From the NCBI RefSeq assembly GCF_006345805.1, contig NW_021831721.1, forward strand, positions 1-34,635: a stretch of 34,635 bases of DNA, written 5' to 3'. Origin of the DNA: Octopus sinensis. Lineage: Eukaryota. The notes below the pieces were generated by a model. That model was not told the origin of the DNA, made no database searches, and worked only from the letters and a program-made list of their open reading frames with translations. Numbering within the stretch: position 1 is the stretch's first letter; each line of letters opens with the position of its first letter. This document shows positions 9,363-20,912 of this stretch, one piece after another. Position numbers and translations under genes: made by a program.

Positions 9363-9840
9363 CCCGGGACTTATTCTTTTGTAAGCCCAGTACTTATTCT
9401 ATCGGTCTCTTTTACTTGTTTCTGTCATTTGACTGCGGCCATGCTGGAGCACAGCCTTTTAGTCGAGCAAATCGACCCCGGGACTTATTCTTTGTAAGCC
9501 CAGTACTTATTCTATCGGGGTCTTTTACTTGTTTCAGTCATTTAACTTCGGCCATGCTGGAGCAGCGCCTTTAGTCGAGCAAATCGACCCCGGGACTTAT
9601 TCTTTGTAAACCCAGTACTTATTCTATCGGTCTCTTTTACTTGTTTCAGTCATTTGACTGCGGCCATGCTGGAGCACCGCCTTTAGTCGAGCAAATTGAC
9701 CCCGGGACTTATTCTTTGTAAGCCCAGTATTTATTCTATCGGTCTCTTTTGCTGAACCGCTAAGTGACGGGGACGTAAACACACCAGCATTGGTTGTCAA
9801 GCAATGCTAGGGGGACAAACACAGACACACAAACACACAC

Positions 9841-9873
<33 letters not shown>

Positions 9874-10044
9874 CATATATACGACGGGCTTCTTTCAGTT
9901 TCCGTCTACCAAATCCACTCACAAGGCATTGGTTGGCCCGGGGCTATAGCAGAAGACACTTGCCCAAGGTGCCACACAGTGGGACTGAACCCAGAACCAT
10001 GTGGTTGGTTAGCAAGCTACTTACCACACAGCCACTCCTGCACC
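9363..10044 (-). mobile_element. SINE family A with a 4x tandem array of its ~113-bp 3' segment
   Basis: CCCGGGACTTATTC at 9363, 9477, 9589 and 9701; intact head at ~9960-10044. Confidence 0.9.
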
Positions 10045-10380
10045 TATGTACACATCTTATTCTCTCTCTCTCTAATGCACACACACTCTCTAAACAGAAA
10101 AAAATTCCCTCCAACCAACAAACAAAAACCAACACTGAACACGTGCACACATACAGCAAGTGTAAATAATAAATGTTTATTCACCAGGCGAAAAGTACAA
10201 CACACCAAAGCCATTTATTTAAAATATATATGACCACAGCAAATATGTTCTTAATATCACAGCTGACACCACTTATAGACATTCATAAAGAAACTATCCA
10301 TCTCTCTCACACACACATTCTAATATATTTCTATAGCCAGCGGCAAAATAAGAAAAAAATACTCATCTCAAAATTTTAAA

Positions 10381-10515
10381 GAAGTAAAGAGCTAACATAC
10401 ATATGTATATACACACATGCATATACACATACACACACACACACACACACAGACACACACACACATGCATAAACACGTACACCACACACACACACACACA
10501 CACACACACATGCAT

Positions 10516-10554
<39 letters not shown>

Positions 10555-10757
10555 CATAAACACGTACACACACACACACACACACACACACATGCATATA
10601 CACATACACACACACACCACACACACACATGCATAAACACGTACACACACACACACACACACACATGCATATACACATACACACAACACACACACACACA
10701 CACACACATGCATATACACGTACACACACACACCACACACACACACATGCATTAACA

Positions 10758-10793
<36 letters not shown>

Positions 10794-10829
10794 CATAACA
10801 CATACACACACACACACACACACATGCAT

Positions 10830-10860
<31 letters not shown>

Positions 10861-10910
10861 ACACACACACACACATGCATAAACACGTACACACACACAC
10901 ACACAAGCAT
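10381..10910. repeat. Compound (CA)n satellite with recurring TGCATATACACATA / TGCATAAACACGTA spacers
   Basis: Read directly from the sequence; it is the source of the HT/CV-rich ORFs. Confidence 0.95.
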
Positions 10911-11028
10911 CATTTCTAAAGCAAGAGCAACAAAATTTTATAGAACAAATTTTTGTGTTTACTAAGAAAACAATTCTCAAAATCACTCGACCGTGAACGA
11001 AACCATTTATTAGGGATACGACTACCTT

Positions 11029-11414
11029 CTATCTTTTACTTGTTTCAGTCAGGTGACTGTGGCCATGCTGGGGCACTACATGGGAATTTTTTTTAGTCAA
11101 ATGAATCAACCCCAGGACTCAATTTTTTTTAAGCCTGGTACTTACTGTATCAGTCACTTTTGCCAAACCCTAAGTTATGGAGATGTAAACACACCAACAC
11201 CGGTTGTCAAGCAGTGGTGGTGGGGGGGCAAAGATAGACACAAAGACACCCACACCCACACACACACACACACACACATATAATATAATATATACAATGA
11301 GCCTCTTTCAGTTTCCATTTAGCAAATCCATTCACAATGCTTTGGTTGGACTAAAGCTCTAGGAGAAGACATTTGGACCAAGCGACCAAGCTGCCATGCA
11401 GTGGGACTGAACCC
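11029..11414 (-). mobile_element. Diverged SINE family A-related copy
   Basis: Same layout as family A with many substitutions; head truncated at GGGACTGAACCC. Confidence 0.8.
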
Positions 11415-11856
11415 ACAACAGTCTACAAACAACACGTTCATAAGTGATTTTTCTCAAAAACAACATTTATTTAAAACCTTAAAAACACACAGGCGCACAC
11501 ATAGAAAAGGGACAAAAAATCAACAAAAATGACTCCCTCACCAACTCGGCAAATAAATTCTAAGTAAATTTATAAACAGCTTCCTACCTACAATTGCAAG
11601 GAATACAAACACCACATCACAAACACAACATACGCAATCAATAAAGAAGCCAGATAAACACCAGCTGATCAATAAACACAAAATGTTAACCAATGAAGAA
11701 GCACAAGCATTTGAGGATATAGTTACATACAACAGGACATAAAAACACCAAGATGTAACCGTTCTCACCTGATAATCCGGACAATGACATGAAAAGTGAG
11801 TTATGAAGCAAACTCTCATTTTCAGTGTCAAAAAAGACTGTATCCTCTACAGTATA

Positions 11857-12492
11857 GGCACAGGAGTGGCTGTGTGGTAAGTAGCTTGTTTACCAACCAC
11901 ATTGTTCATGGTTCAGTCATACTGCGTGTCACCTTGGGCAAGTGTCTTCTACTACAGCCTCGGGACGACCAAAGCCTTGTGAGTGGATTTGGTAGACGGA
12001 AACTGAAAGAAGCCCGTCGTATATATGTATATATATATATATATATGTATATATATGTATATATATATATGTATATATATATATAGGCGCAGGAGTGGCT
12101 GTGTGGTAAGTAGCTTGTTCACCAACCACATGGTTCCAGGTTCAGTCCCACTGCGTGGCACCTTGAGTAAGTGTCTTCTACAACAGCCTCAGGCCAACCA
12201 AAGCCTTGTGAGTGGAATTGGTAGACGGAAACTGAAAGAAGCCCGTCGCATATATGTATATATATATGTGTGTGTGTGTATGCTTGTGTATCTGTGTTTG
12301 TCCCACTAGCACTGCTTGACAACCGATGCTGGTGTGTTTATGTCCCCGTTACTTAGCAGTTCGGCAAAAAGAGACTGATAGAATAAGTACTGGGCTTACA
12401 AAGAATAAGACCCGGGGCCGAGTTGCTCGATTAAAGGCGGTACTCCAGCATGGCCACAGTCAAATGACTGAAACAAGTAAAAGAGTAAAAGA
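11857..12492 (+). mobile_element. SINE family A with tandemly duplicated head half
   Basis: Head at 11857-12020, then (TA)n, then a second head at ~12086 with full body and tail. Confidence 0.9.
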
Positions 12493-12509
12493 GAGACTAT
12501 GTATATAGC

Positions 12510-12860
12510 ATCATCATCATCATCATATATCGTCTGCCTTCCATGCTAGCATGGGTTGGACGATTTTGACTGAGGGCTGGCGAGCCAGGTGGCCACACCA
12601 GGCTCCAATCTTGATCTGGCAGAGTTTCTACAGCTGGATGCCCTTCCTAACGCCAACCACTCCGAAAGTGTAGTGGGTGCTTTTTACGTGCCACTGGCAC
12701 GGGGGCGTCAGGCGGTACAGGCAATGACCTCGCTCGAATCTTTTTACACATGCCACCGACACATGCTCGAACGGTGTCCTTTTACGTGTCACTGGCACAG
12801 AGCCAGTTGGCTGCTCTGGCAACGATCACACTCGGATGGTGCTCTTGACACCGTACTAGC
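12510..12860 (-). mobile_element. RTE-type 3' UTR/end with (GAT)n tail
   Basis: Reverse complement of the 4600-4990-type sequence; (CAT)n at 12510-12525. Confidence 0.85.
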
Positions 12861-12909
12861 TACTAGCCTGTTCTACATTATTCACCCACTGATGTGGGTG
12901 AATATATTC

Positions 12910-13128
12910 TTAACTCTTTAGCATTCAGATTATTCTGTCAACATAGTGCTTATTCAAACTGGTTTGAATTAATCATGCATTATCTTGCCGCTTCTAGATT
13001 TCAAAGATGTTATAGTATTTTTTCACTATGACATTGCAAAGTAAGTGTGAGCAGCTGAATTTGATCAGTTTGAACAAAAAACATGACATTTAGGCATGCC
13101 GTGACCGGCTTAGATACTAGAGGGTTAC
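12910..13128. mobile_element. Degraded TTAA-type (piggyBac-like) MITE
   Basis: Left end TTAA-CTCTTTAGCATT; right end ATACTAGAGGGG-TTAC is an imperfect inverted match; ~215 bp. Confidence 0.5.
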
Positions 13129-14651
13129 AATGAACTTTCAGCTACTTGGAAGCGCTTTTAGGCTTCGCTAATTCAGTTTTCAACCAAATTGAATGCAGTA
13201 CACTCATTCACTCATGGCAGTGGGTGAATGTGTTTTTATGGTTAACTTTTAGTTACCTGTGAGCACTTCTATGCTTTATCACTCATTCATGCTTCAACCA
13301 AATTGAATGTGGTTTTATTTAGCAATAACGGTCAAGTCGTAAGGTCTGTTTTGGGATAAAATTGAAATTTGATTCATTAAAAAAGGTTAGGTCAATATTT
13401 CTAAGGTCAAAAATGGGAGAGTAAGCGAAAAATCGAGTTTCAATCAAAATTAAAAGGAAAATATAGATTTATTGGATTTAAAAGAATGTGTTCATTGTGT
13501 AAATTCTTTGGGGGAAAACTGCATTAAAAAGTATTTACTACCAAAAACGTAGTGTGGCTTTAAGTGACAAGCAAAATGATAATTAACCCCCAAAATTGAT
13601 ACTGAATTGTAATATCTCGGCTCATATTGAAGAAAACTATACAATAATTGTGTTCAGAGAAAAGAGCTCTATGAAATGATTCTTTAGGAGAAAACCATAT
13701 CAAAAAATTTAGCTACAAAAGTTGTGTTGATTTAAGTGAACAAAAAATAGGGATCATTTTAACAAATCAAAATATTTTTGTCAGTTTAAGATATTTAGCA
13801 TTATAAAAGATGGCAACTGATGCTATGGGTCATTTGGCTTAGTATACAGAGTTTGAGAGGTACAGGGTGTCAATACTCTGTAGTAGGTTGTTGACCACTT
13901 TTTCTAGTCTCTAAGGGGATGTTTAGACAATCATCTAAGCTGTTTACACAGTTATTCTTCATTTGAGATTTACTTTAAATGAAATAGCTCTATGAGAATC
14001 TTAATATGCAAACCTTGTCAAAAAATATTAACTACAAAAAATATTGTGTAGCTTTATGTGGCAAAAAAGGTGATAATTTAAAGAAATCTAAATATTTTTG
14101 TCCCTTCAAGAGAAAAATAATATTTAAATGTGGATGTAAGAGTTTATTGAGATAAATATTTTGGGGAAAACCCCATCTAAAGATATTAAACATTTTTTCA
14201 TTTTTTTGTGATTTTATATTAATTTTTATTATTCTATTTATGTATTAAACTATGAACATATTAAAAACATTAAAATAAAAAAAAAACATTTCACTCATTA
14301 AAAAAGATTGTTGGTGGCAGATAAAGAGTGGGAGATTTGTTGATCTAGAAGTAATTATGTTTTGATTATTATTTATGGACAACTTTCTCTTTGGAATTTT
14401 GAAAATCAGATTAATTTTTCTTTCTCGGCTAAACACACATAACCACATACACTCTCGTTTATATAGTAGATTTAATTAGAATCTAGCATTATTTTATAAC
14501 AAAAATTGTTTAAAAATATATTTCCAACAGATATGTTGCTATTTATCCTCTGTTATTTTTATGTGCAAACTAAATTTCTACGTTGGAACAAAATCTGTAT
14601 TTAAATATTTACAATAGCATCATTTTTTTTCAAGTTTGAAGGTAAATATTA

Positions 14652-15060
14652 GAGTGGCTGTGTGGTAAGTAGCTTGCTAACCAACCACATGGTTCTGGGT
14701 TCAGTCCCACTGCGTGGCATCTTGGGCAAGTGTCTTCTGCTATAGCTCCGGGCCGACCAATGCCTTGTGAGTGGATTTGGTAGACGGAAACTGAAAGAAC
14801 CCTGTCGTATATATGTATATATATATATATATGTGTGTGTGTGTATATGTTTGTGTGTCTGTGTTTGTCCCCCTAGCATTGCTTGACAACCGATGCTGGT
14901 GTGTTCACGTCCCCGTCACTTAGCGGTTCGGCAAAAGAGACCGATAGAATAAGCACAGGGCTTACAAAGAATAAGTCCCGGGGTCGATTTGCTCGACTAA
15001 AGGCGGTGCCCCAGCATGGCCGCAGTCAAAATGACTGAAACAAGTAAAAGAGTAAAAGAG
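14652..15060 (+). mobile_element. SINE family A
   Basis: Full body and (GTAAAAGA)n tail. Confidence 0.9.
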
Positions 15061-16001
15061 TATTAAACTAGAAGTGTTGTCTGGAAAAAAGTGTACGAGA
15101 ATGAAAAATGCGGACACAGAAACCTAGAAAGAGCAGTAATTAAGCCTGGAACAGTACAGGACAAGAAAAGGAAAATCTTAGAATATTGCTACCAAAGTTA
15201 GAATTTGCTAAATAAATTTCTGAAATTGTTCATCAAATAGTGCATGCATTGTGTTTTTTTTTTTTTATATTTTTTACTTTTTATTTTGCATTTTTTAAAA
15301 AAATTTAATATTTTTGATTAAAAACTTTTTTGTATTAAGTTAAAGTATTTCTGTTTTACTTTTAGAGTTATGTTATTTTTTAATTTTCTTTTCTTAAAGA
15401 AATAAAAGAATTAATCTCTTTAAAGTTCGTATTATCAGATAAAGCATTTTTTTTATTTACAGTTAGAAAAATATTTACGAAAATGAAAGCTAATGAAAAA
15501 TTGAGTGCAAAATGTACAAGTGACTCTCTAGCTCTTTACAAAAAAATTATTTGGATATAATTGTCAATACTGGTTAAATTGCTATTGTATGACTTTTTAA
15601 AATTTATAAATTTGAAACATCAAATTTTTTAATATGTAAACTTGCAAGCAATTAGTCTTTTCACTAAAATTGAAAATAAATAGCTTGTTGAGTATTTTAA
15701 TTTAAACTTTGAAGAGAAAATAAAAAAAATATAAAAGAGGATTTGAGTTCAGCAAAAATTGCTTCACTACATACCGAAATTTAGAAATAGCAGTTAAATA
15801 CTATTCCACTACCATAAGATATCTCCCAGACAATAATACTCTCAATTCATACAGGTAAAGAGAAAAAAAATAACAAATCCACCCGGTTTTGATTAACTGT
15901 ATACACGTTTCTGGGTTAAAGAGATGTAAAAAGATGTAAAACCATATTTCTACTCACTCCCGTCTTCAGTATAGTATTTCAATTTTAAATTTGAGAGCAC
16001 T

Positions 16002-16080
16002 GATAATTAATATACATATCCGATCAAGCGCCATTGGTGCTTGTCCGATGGCACTTGATCAGATATGTATATTAATTATC
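16002..16080. other. 79-nt near-perfect hairpin (36-bp arms, 7-nt loop)
   Basis: Base-by-base pairing of 16002-16037 with 16045-16080 gives 33 Watson-Crick pairs, 2 mismatches and 1 T.G. Confidence 0.85.
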
Positions 16081-16750
16081 TCTGCAAGAAGTATGCCTAC
16101 GCCCTCTATTTCCTCACTATTATCTTCCCAGAAGAGTTTATACTTGTATGCTTTGCCTGTGAGGACTCTGGCTGAAGCTCCTCTCCACCTTACCTCTTGT
16201 ATGCAACATACATCAACACGTCTCCATTGAAGCATCTCTACAATCTCACTAGCCTTACCTTTCAATGTACCTACATTTACAGTACCAACTCTGAAAACAG
16301 GGAAAGAGATATGGGAGGTAACACAGGAAGGAGAGATGTTATTCAGCACCTGAAAAGAAGGTTCCCTTGATTGTTTGGTAACAGACGTCATAGTAGTTGT
16401 TCTTGCTTTTAACCTACCAGCATCCAAACATGTTAGAATTGTTAAGGTTGTTGTCTTTACTGCGGAGTGGGAGTAAGGAAGCATTGCATATGAAAGTGTT
16501 TGGGGAGTTGTAAATATAAGTGTTATGAGCATTATTGATACTGCAAATATAAATGTAAAAAATAATAAAAGGGAGAGAAGGTAAGTGGGCTGTTATCTAG
16601 TTTAGTTAGTCCAGAGATGGTGGAGACGAGAAAAGAAAGGGTGAGATTACCAATATAAGAGGAGAGAGGGGAAGGGCAACTGGATGTCTGGTAAGAGAAA
16701 CAAGATTTCTGGTATTGGTGATGAGCGCAACCAGTATATGGTGTTGACAA
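16080..16750 (-). pseudogene. RTE-clade LINE 5' part: APE endonuclease N-terminus plus upstream region
   Basis: FRVGTVNVGTLKGKASEIVEMLQWRRVDVCCIQEVRWRG...YKLFW...GVGILLAE is typical of RTE AP-endonuclease domains I-III. It breaks off at the hairpin; the upstream limit is approximate. Confidence 0.88.
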
Positions 16751-17267
16751 AAAATCGATAATTGCACCTGAGCAGTGGTTTTATAAAATCAATAGGCTTT
16801 TTGCATGCAAATACCCTTAGGGGTTTTACTTTTGGCTGTAACTTTTATATTATGAGGAACTGCATTGAGGCAAATATTTTCACTGGTTGTGGTAAAGGTG
16901 ACACCGTCTTCATTATTTGCATACTAATTATACCATCTCATGTTCCAGTCTACTTTAAGTGGTTACTGTTTCCTATCCAAATTTTTTTTTGCCATGAGCA
17001 TTAATAAAAGTCAGGGCCAAACACTAAAACTTGTTAGATTGCAACTTCAAGGACCATGCTTTCCATATGGCCAACTTTATGTAGAGGTGTCATGTGTGGG
17101 ATCAAAAGCAAATCTTTTTGATTATGTACCCCAAAATAAAACAAAAAAGCATTGTTTATAAAGAAATATTCACTCTTAATGCAACATGAATACTTCAATA
17201 ACTTAATCTGCCATTACTATCGTTACATTCAAGAATGAGTAAATTACTTATTTAAATGAAGTGTATT

Positions 17268-17685
17268 GCGCAGGAGTGGCTGTGTGGTAAGTAGCTTGCT
17301 AACCAACCACATGGTTCCGGGTTCAGTCCCACTGCGTGGCACCTTGGGCAAGTGTCTTCTGCTATAGCCCCGGGCCGGCCAATGCCTTGTGAGTGGATTT
17401 GGTAGACGGAAACTGAAAGAAGCCTGTCGTATATATATGCATATATATATGTGTGTGCGTGTATGTTTGTGTGTCTGTGTTTGTCCCCCAAGCATTGCTT
17501 GACAACCGATGCTGGTGTGTTTACGTCCCCGTTACTTAGCGGTTCGGCAAAAGAGACTGATAGAATAAGTACTGGGCTTACAAAAGAATAAGTCCCGGGG
17601 TCGAGTTGCTCGATTAAAGGCGGTGCTCCAGCATGGCCGCAGTCAAATGACTGAAACAAGTAGAAAGAGTAAAGAGTAAAAGAGT
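17268..17685 (+). mobile_element. SINE family A inserted in Helitron 3' region 1
   Basis: Full-length; interrupts GTGTATT/ATATAATTG, which is contiguous in the second copy. Confidence 0.9.
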
Positions 17686-17832
17686 ATATAATTGCCATTG
17701 ATGTATTGATAAATAAAATAAACACATACGACTCATTATTTTCATATCATAAACAAACAGAAGTTCATGTATGGAATTCACCTTTTTTCTACTTCGGTTA
17801 TTACATGTTTCTCTCTTATAAAATACACACAT

Positions 17833-18217
17833 GGGAAGCACTCCATTGGTTACAACGACGAGGGTTCCGGTTGATCCAAATCAACGGAACAGCCTGTTCG
17901 TGAAATTAACGTGTAAGTGGCTGAGCACTCCACAGACACGTGTACCCTTAACGTAGTTCTCGGGGATATTCAGCGTGACACAGAGAGTGACAAGGCCGGC
18001 CCCTTGAAATACAGGTACAACAGAAACAGGAAGTAAGAGTGAGAGAAAGTTGTGGTGAAAGAGTACAGCAGGGATCACCACCATCCCTGCCGGAGCATCG
18101 TGGAGCTTTTAGGTGTTTTCGCTCAATAAACACTCACAACGCCCGGTCTGGGAATCGAAACCGCGATCCTATGACCGCGAGTCCGCTGCACTAACCACTG
18201 GGCCATTGCGACTCCAC
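17833..18217 (-). mobile_element. tRNA-derived SINE family D, full length with 13-bp TSD
   Basis: Minus-strand head GGAGTCGCAATGGCCCAGTGGTTAG...GGTTTCGATTCCC; TSD AAAATACACACAT at 17820-17832 and 18218-18230; homologous empty site at ~20575. Confidence 0.9.
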
Positions 18218-18430
18218 AAAATACACACATACAAGAGGAGTAAATCTAAATCTGTAGTGGTAGTCACACCTTGGTTCAGATTCAAAACATTATGGAGGAG
18301 CATCACGTGTGGAAGCAAAACAAAAATCTTTTTGCTTATGCATCCCAAAATAAAACAAATAAACATTGTTTATAAAGAAATATTCACTCTTAATGCAACA
18401 TGAATTCTTCAATAACTTAATTTGCCATTA

Positions 18431-18900
18431 AAATAATAATAATAATAATAATAAAACATTGTATACAGTGCTCAGGTGCACTACAACTCATCTAAAGTGT
18501 ATATATAATCAGGTGTAGTTTTGGCGGATTTCGGAAAGCATGAGGGCCTTAAACGATGCAGTGTCATGGCAGTCAACAATTGACGCAGGCAGTTTGTTCC
18601 ATGCTTCAGCAACTCTGAGCGTGAAAAAATGTTTCCGAAAGTCATGGGAGCTGTGTTGTTTCCTGACTTTGTAGGCATGTCCACGTGTGTTGGACACATG
18701 GAGATCAAAAAGGTGTTCAGTGTTGTTGTTGGTGAGGTGGTTGATAACTTTGTGGGTGTTTATCAAGTCCATCGCCAGACGCCGGAGCTTCAGTGAATCC
18801 ATGCCCAGGGAAACAAGGCGCTCAGAATATGGTAGGTGTCTGATGGAGGGTATGCGTTTGGTTGCAAGTCTCTGAACAGATTCCAGGAGGTCAATGTTAA
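18431..18900 (-). mobile_element. CR1-type LINE 3' end (ORF2 C-terminus, short UTR, (ATT)n tail)
   Basis: IDLLESVQRLATKRIPSIRHLPYSERL..L.LRR..DL...TRGH..K..K......RKHFFTLRVAEAWNKLP is the CR1/L2-type terminal pattern. Confidence 0.9.
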
Positions 18901-19311
18901 TTACTATCGTTACATTCAAGAATGAATAAATTACTTACTTAAATGAAGTGTATTATATAATTGCCATTATTATATTGATAAATAAAATAAGACATACAAC
19001 TCACTTATTATTGTCATATGATAAACAAACAAGTTCATCTCTTTTCTACTTCAATTATTATACGAGATCAATGCTTTCAAGAGATCAATCAGCTGATTTT
19101 GAAACTCGGTGAAAGGAGACTTCTAATTGATGAAGAACAGTTTCTTACACTCAATGTAATATATAATTCAACTGATTCCAGCAATGATTTGGTGGATGAA
19201 ACCTTTCCCAATCTCCTTCATAATTACAACAATACAGATTACATCGCTGACAGAGCTATCCTGGCTCCAAAGAATGTTCCTCTGCATACCATTAATAAAT
19301 AATATGCTATT

Positions 19312-19719
19312 CTTTTACTCTTTTACTTGTTTCAGTCATTTGACTGTGGCCATGCTGGAGCATCACCTTTAATCGAGCAAATCGACCCCGGGACTTATTC
19401 TTTTTGTAAGCCCAGTACTTATTCTATCGGTCTCTTTTGCCGAACCGGTAAGTAACGGGGACATAAACACACCAGCATCGGTTGTCAAGCAATGCTAGGG
19501 GGACAAACACAGACACACAAACACAGACACATATATAAATATATATATACATATATACGACAGGCTTCTTTCAGTTTCCGTCTACCAAATCCACTCACAA
19601 GGCATTGGTCGGCCCGGGGCTATAGCAGAAGACACTTGCCCAAGATGCCACACAGTGGGACTGAACCCGGAACCATGTGGTTGGTAAACAAGCTACTTAC
19701 CACACAGCCACTCCTGCGC
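19312..19719 (-). mobile_element. SINE family A interrupting the Helitron helicase, CTATT TSD
   Basis: CTATT at 19307-19311 and 19720-19724; helicase similarity resumes after it. Confidence 0.9.
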
Positions 19720-19930
19720 CTATTGAATAAACTTCAAGAAGCCTTCACTTATAACTCGATTCACAGTGTTGTTGGTGATCAGGATAGTGTCAGCTACCCC
19801 ATCAAATTCTTTAACTACAACCACCAGGTGCAGTTCCTCATTGTCTTCATTTGAAAAAAGGGACTCCTATTATGCTATTACATAATTTGTCTCAACCCAA
19901 ATTACGCAATAATACAAGATTAATTACTTT

Positions 19931-20269
19931 TTTTACTCTTTTACTTGTTTCAGTCATTTGACTGCGTCCATGCTGGAGCACCGCCTTTAGTCGAGCAAAT
20001 CAACCCCGGGACTTATTCTTTGTAAGCCCAGTACTTATTCTATCAGTCTCTTTTGCCGAACCGCTAAGTAACGGGGACGTAAACACACCAGCATCAGTTG
20101 TCAAGCAATGCTAGGGGTACAAACACAGACACACAAACACATACACATACATATATATATATACATATATACGACAGGCTTCTTTCAGTTTCCATCTACC
20201 AAATCCACTCACAAGGCATTGGTTGGCCCGGGGCTATAGCAGAAGACACTTGCCCAAGATGCCACGCAG
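19931..20269 (-). mobile_element. SINE family A, head-truncated
   Basis: Tail and body present; ends at GATGCCACGCAG. Confidence 0.88.
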
Positions 20270-20696
20270 AAAATTCATTGACCCAAACATTTTCACTGTT
20301 TGTAGTAAATCCCAAAAGACATTATTCATAAAGAAATATTCATTCTTAATGGAACATGAATACTTCAATAACGTCATTTACCCATTATTGTCATTACATT
20401 CAAGAATGAATAAAATACCTCTTTCAACGAACTGTATTATATAATTGTCATTACTGTATTGATAAATAAAATAACACATACATCTCATTATTATCATGTA
20501 ATAAACAAACAGAACTTCATGTATAGAAATGATTTTTTTTTCTACTTCAATTATTACATGGTTTTCTCTTCTAAAAATACACACATACAGGAGGAGCAAA
20601 TTATACATATAATAATACTTTCAATGTGACCCCCAATAAACAGTAAAAGTAATTACCCAATCAACGACAGGTTCTACTGCTAGTATATATATATAT

Positions 20697-20900
20697 AGTT
20701 AATCCAAACAAGAAAGCACAAAAAAACACAACAACGCGAGGGTGTGGAACAAATATAGTATTATTGGACGCTCAGGAAGGAAGGAAAGAAGGAGGGTTTA
20801 ACGTTTCGAGCGGAGCTCTTCGTCGGAAACATAGGAGAAGGAAAGATCCAGAGAAGGGAAGACAGAGGGAAAAAAATCACCAACGGTACACACGCGGTCA
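20697..20900 (-). mobile_element. Penelope-like pLTR remnant (family P2) between (TA)n tracts
   Basis: Carries a hammerhead-like motif; shares a GGRCGCTCAGGAA-like motif with family P1 at a comparable position near the ribozyme. Confidence 0.6.
20796..20830 (-). ncRNA. Minimal type I hammerhead-like motif, CCGACGA core
   Basis: Minus strand GTTT-CCGACGA-A-GAGC(tcc)GCTC-GAAA-CG-TT-AAAC. Confidence 0.55.
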
Positions 20901-20912
20901 CATATATATATT

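Larger units (their letters stand above)
16790..20683 (+). mobile_element. Helitron remnant (Pif1-like helicase pieces plus three 3' regions, one terminal CTAG), nested with SINEs and CR1
   Basis: NCIEANIFTGCGKGDTVFI, FAMSINKSQGQTL and PYGQLYV (16850-17150); FPNLLHNYNNTDYIADRAILAPKN (19070-19300); frameshifted [30 protein letters not shown] (19725-19925); NIVYKEIF-type tail repeated; terminus ACCCAATCAACGACAGGTTCTACTGCTAG|T at 20683. Confidence 0.88.

Noticed and set aside
9363-9760. Regularly spaced repeats resembling a CRISPR array (also 33876-34635 and the MITE arrays)
   Set aside because: Eukaryotic context; units are whole tandem duplications without unique spacers; no cas genes.
9804-10169. 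Recurrent [11 protein letters not shown]...RHLPK ORFs (also 14649, 17244, 19492, 21104)
   Set aside because: Antisense reading of SINE family A; repetition reflects SINE copy number, not a gene family.
10363-10986. Long ORFs (up to 207 aa) rich in C/V or H/T
   Set aside because: Translations of (CA)n satellite; no coding signal.
11540-11800. A/C-rich stretch with a partly open plus frame
   Set aside because: No recognisable motif; it cannot be assigned to a LINE or host gene from sequence alone.
18140-18217. tRNA-like sequences (also 25348-25428 and all SINE A/B heads)
   Set aside because: They have A/B boxes but no complete cloverleaf, and most run into SINE bodies; these are SINE heads, not tRNA genes.
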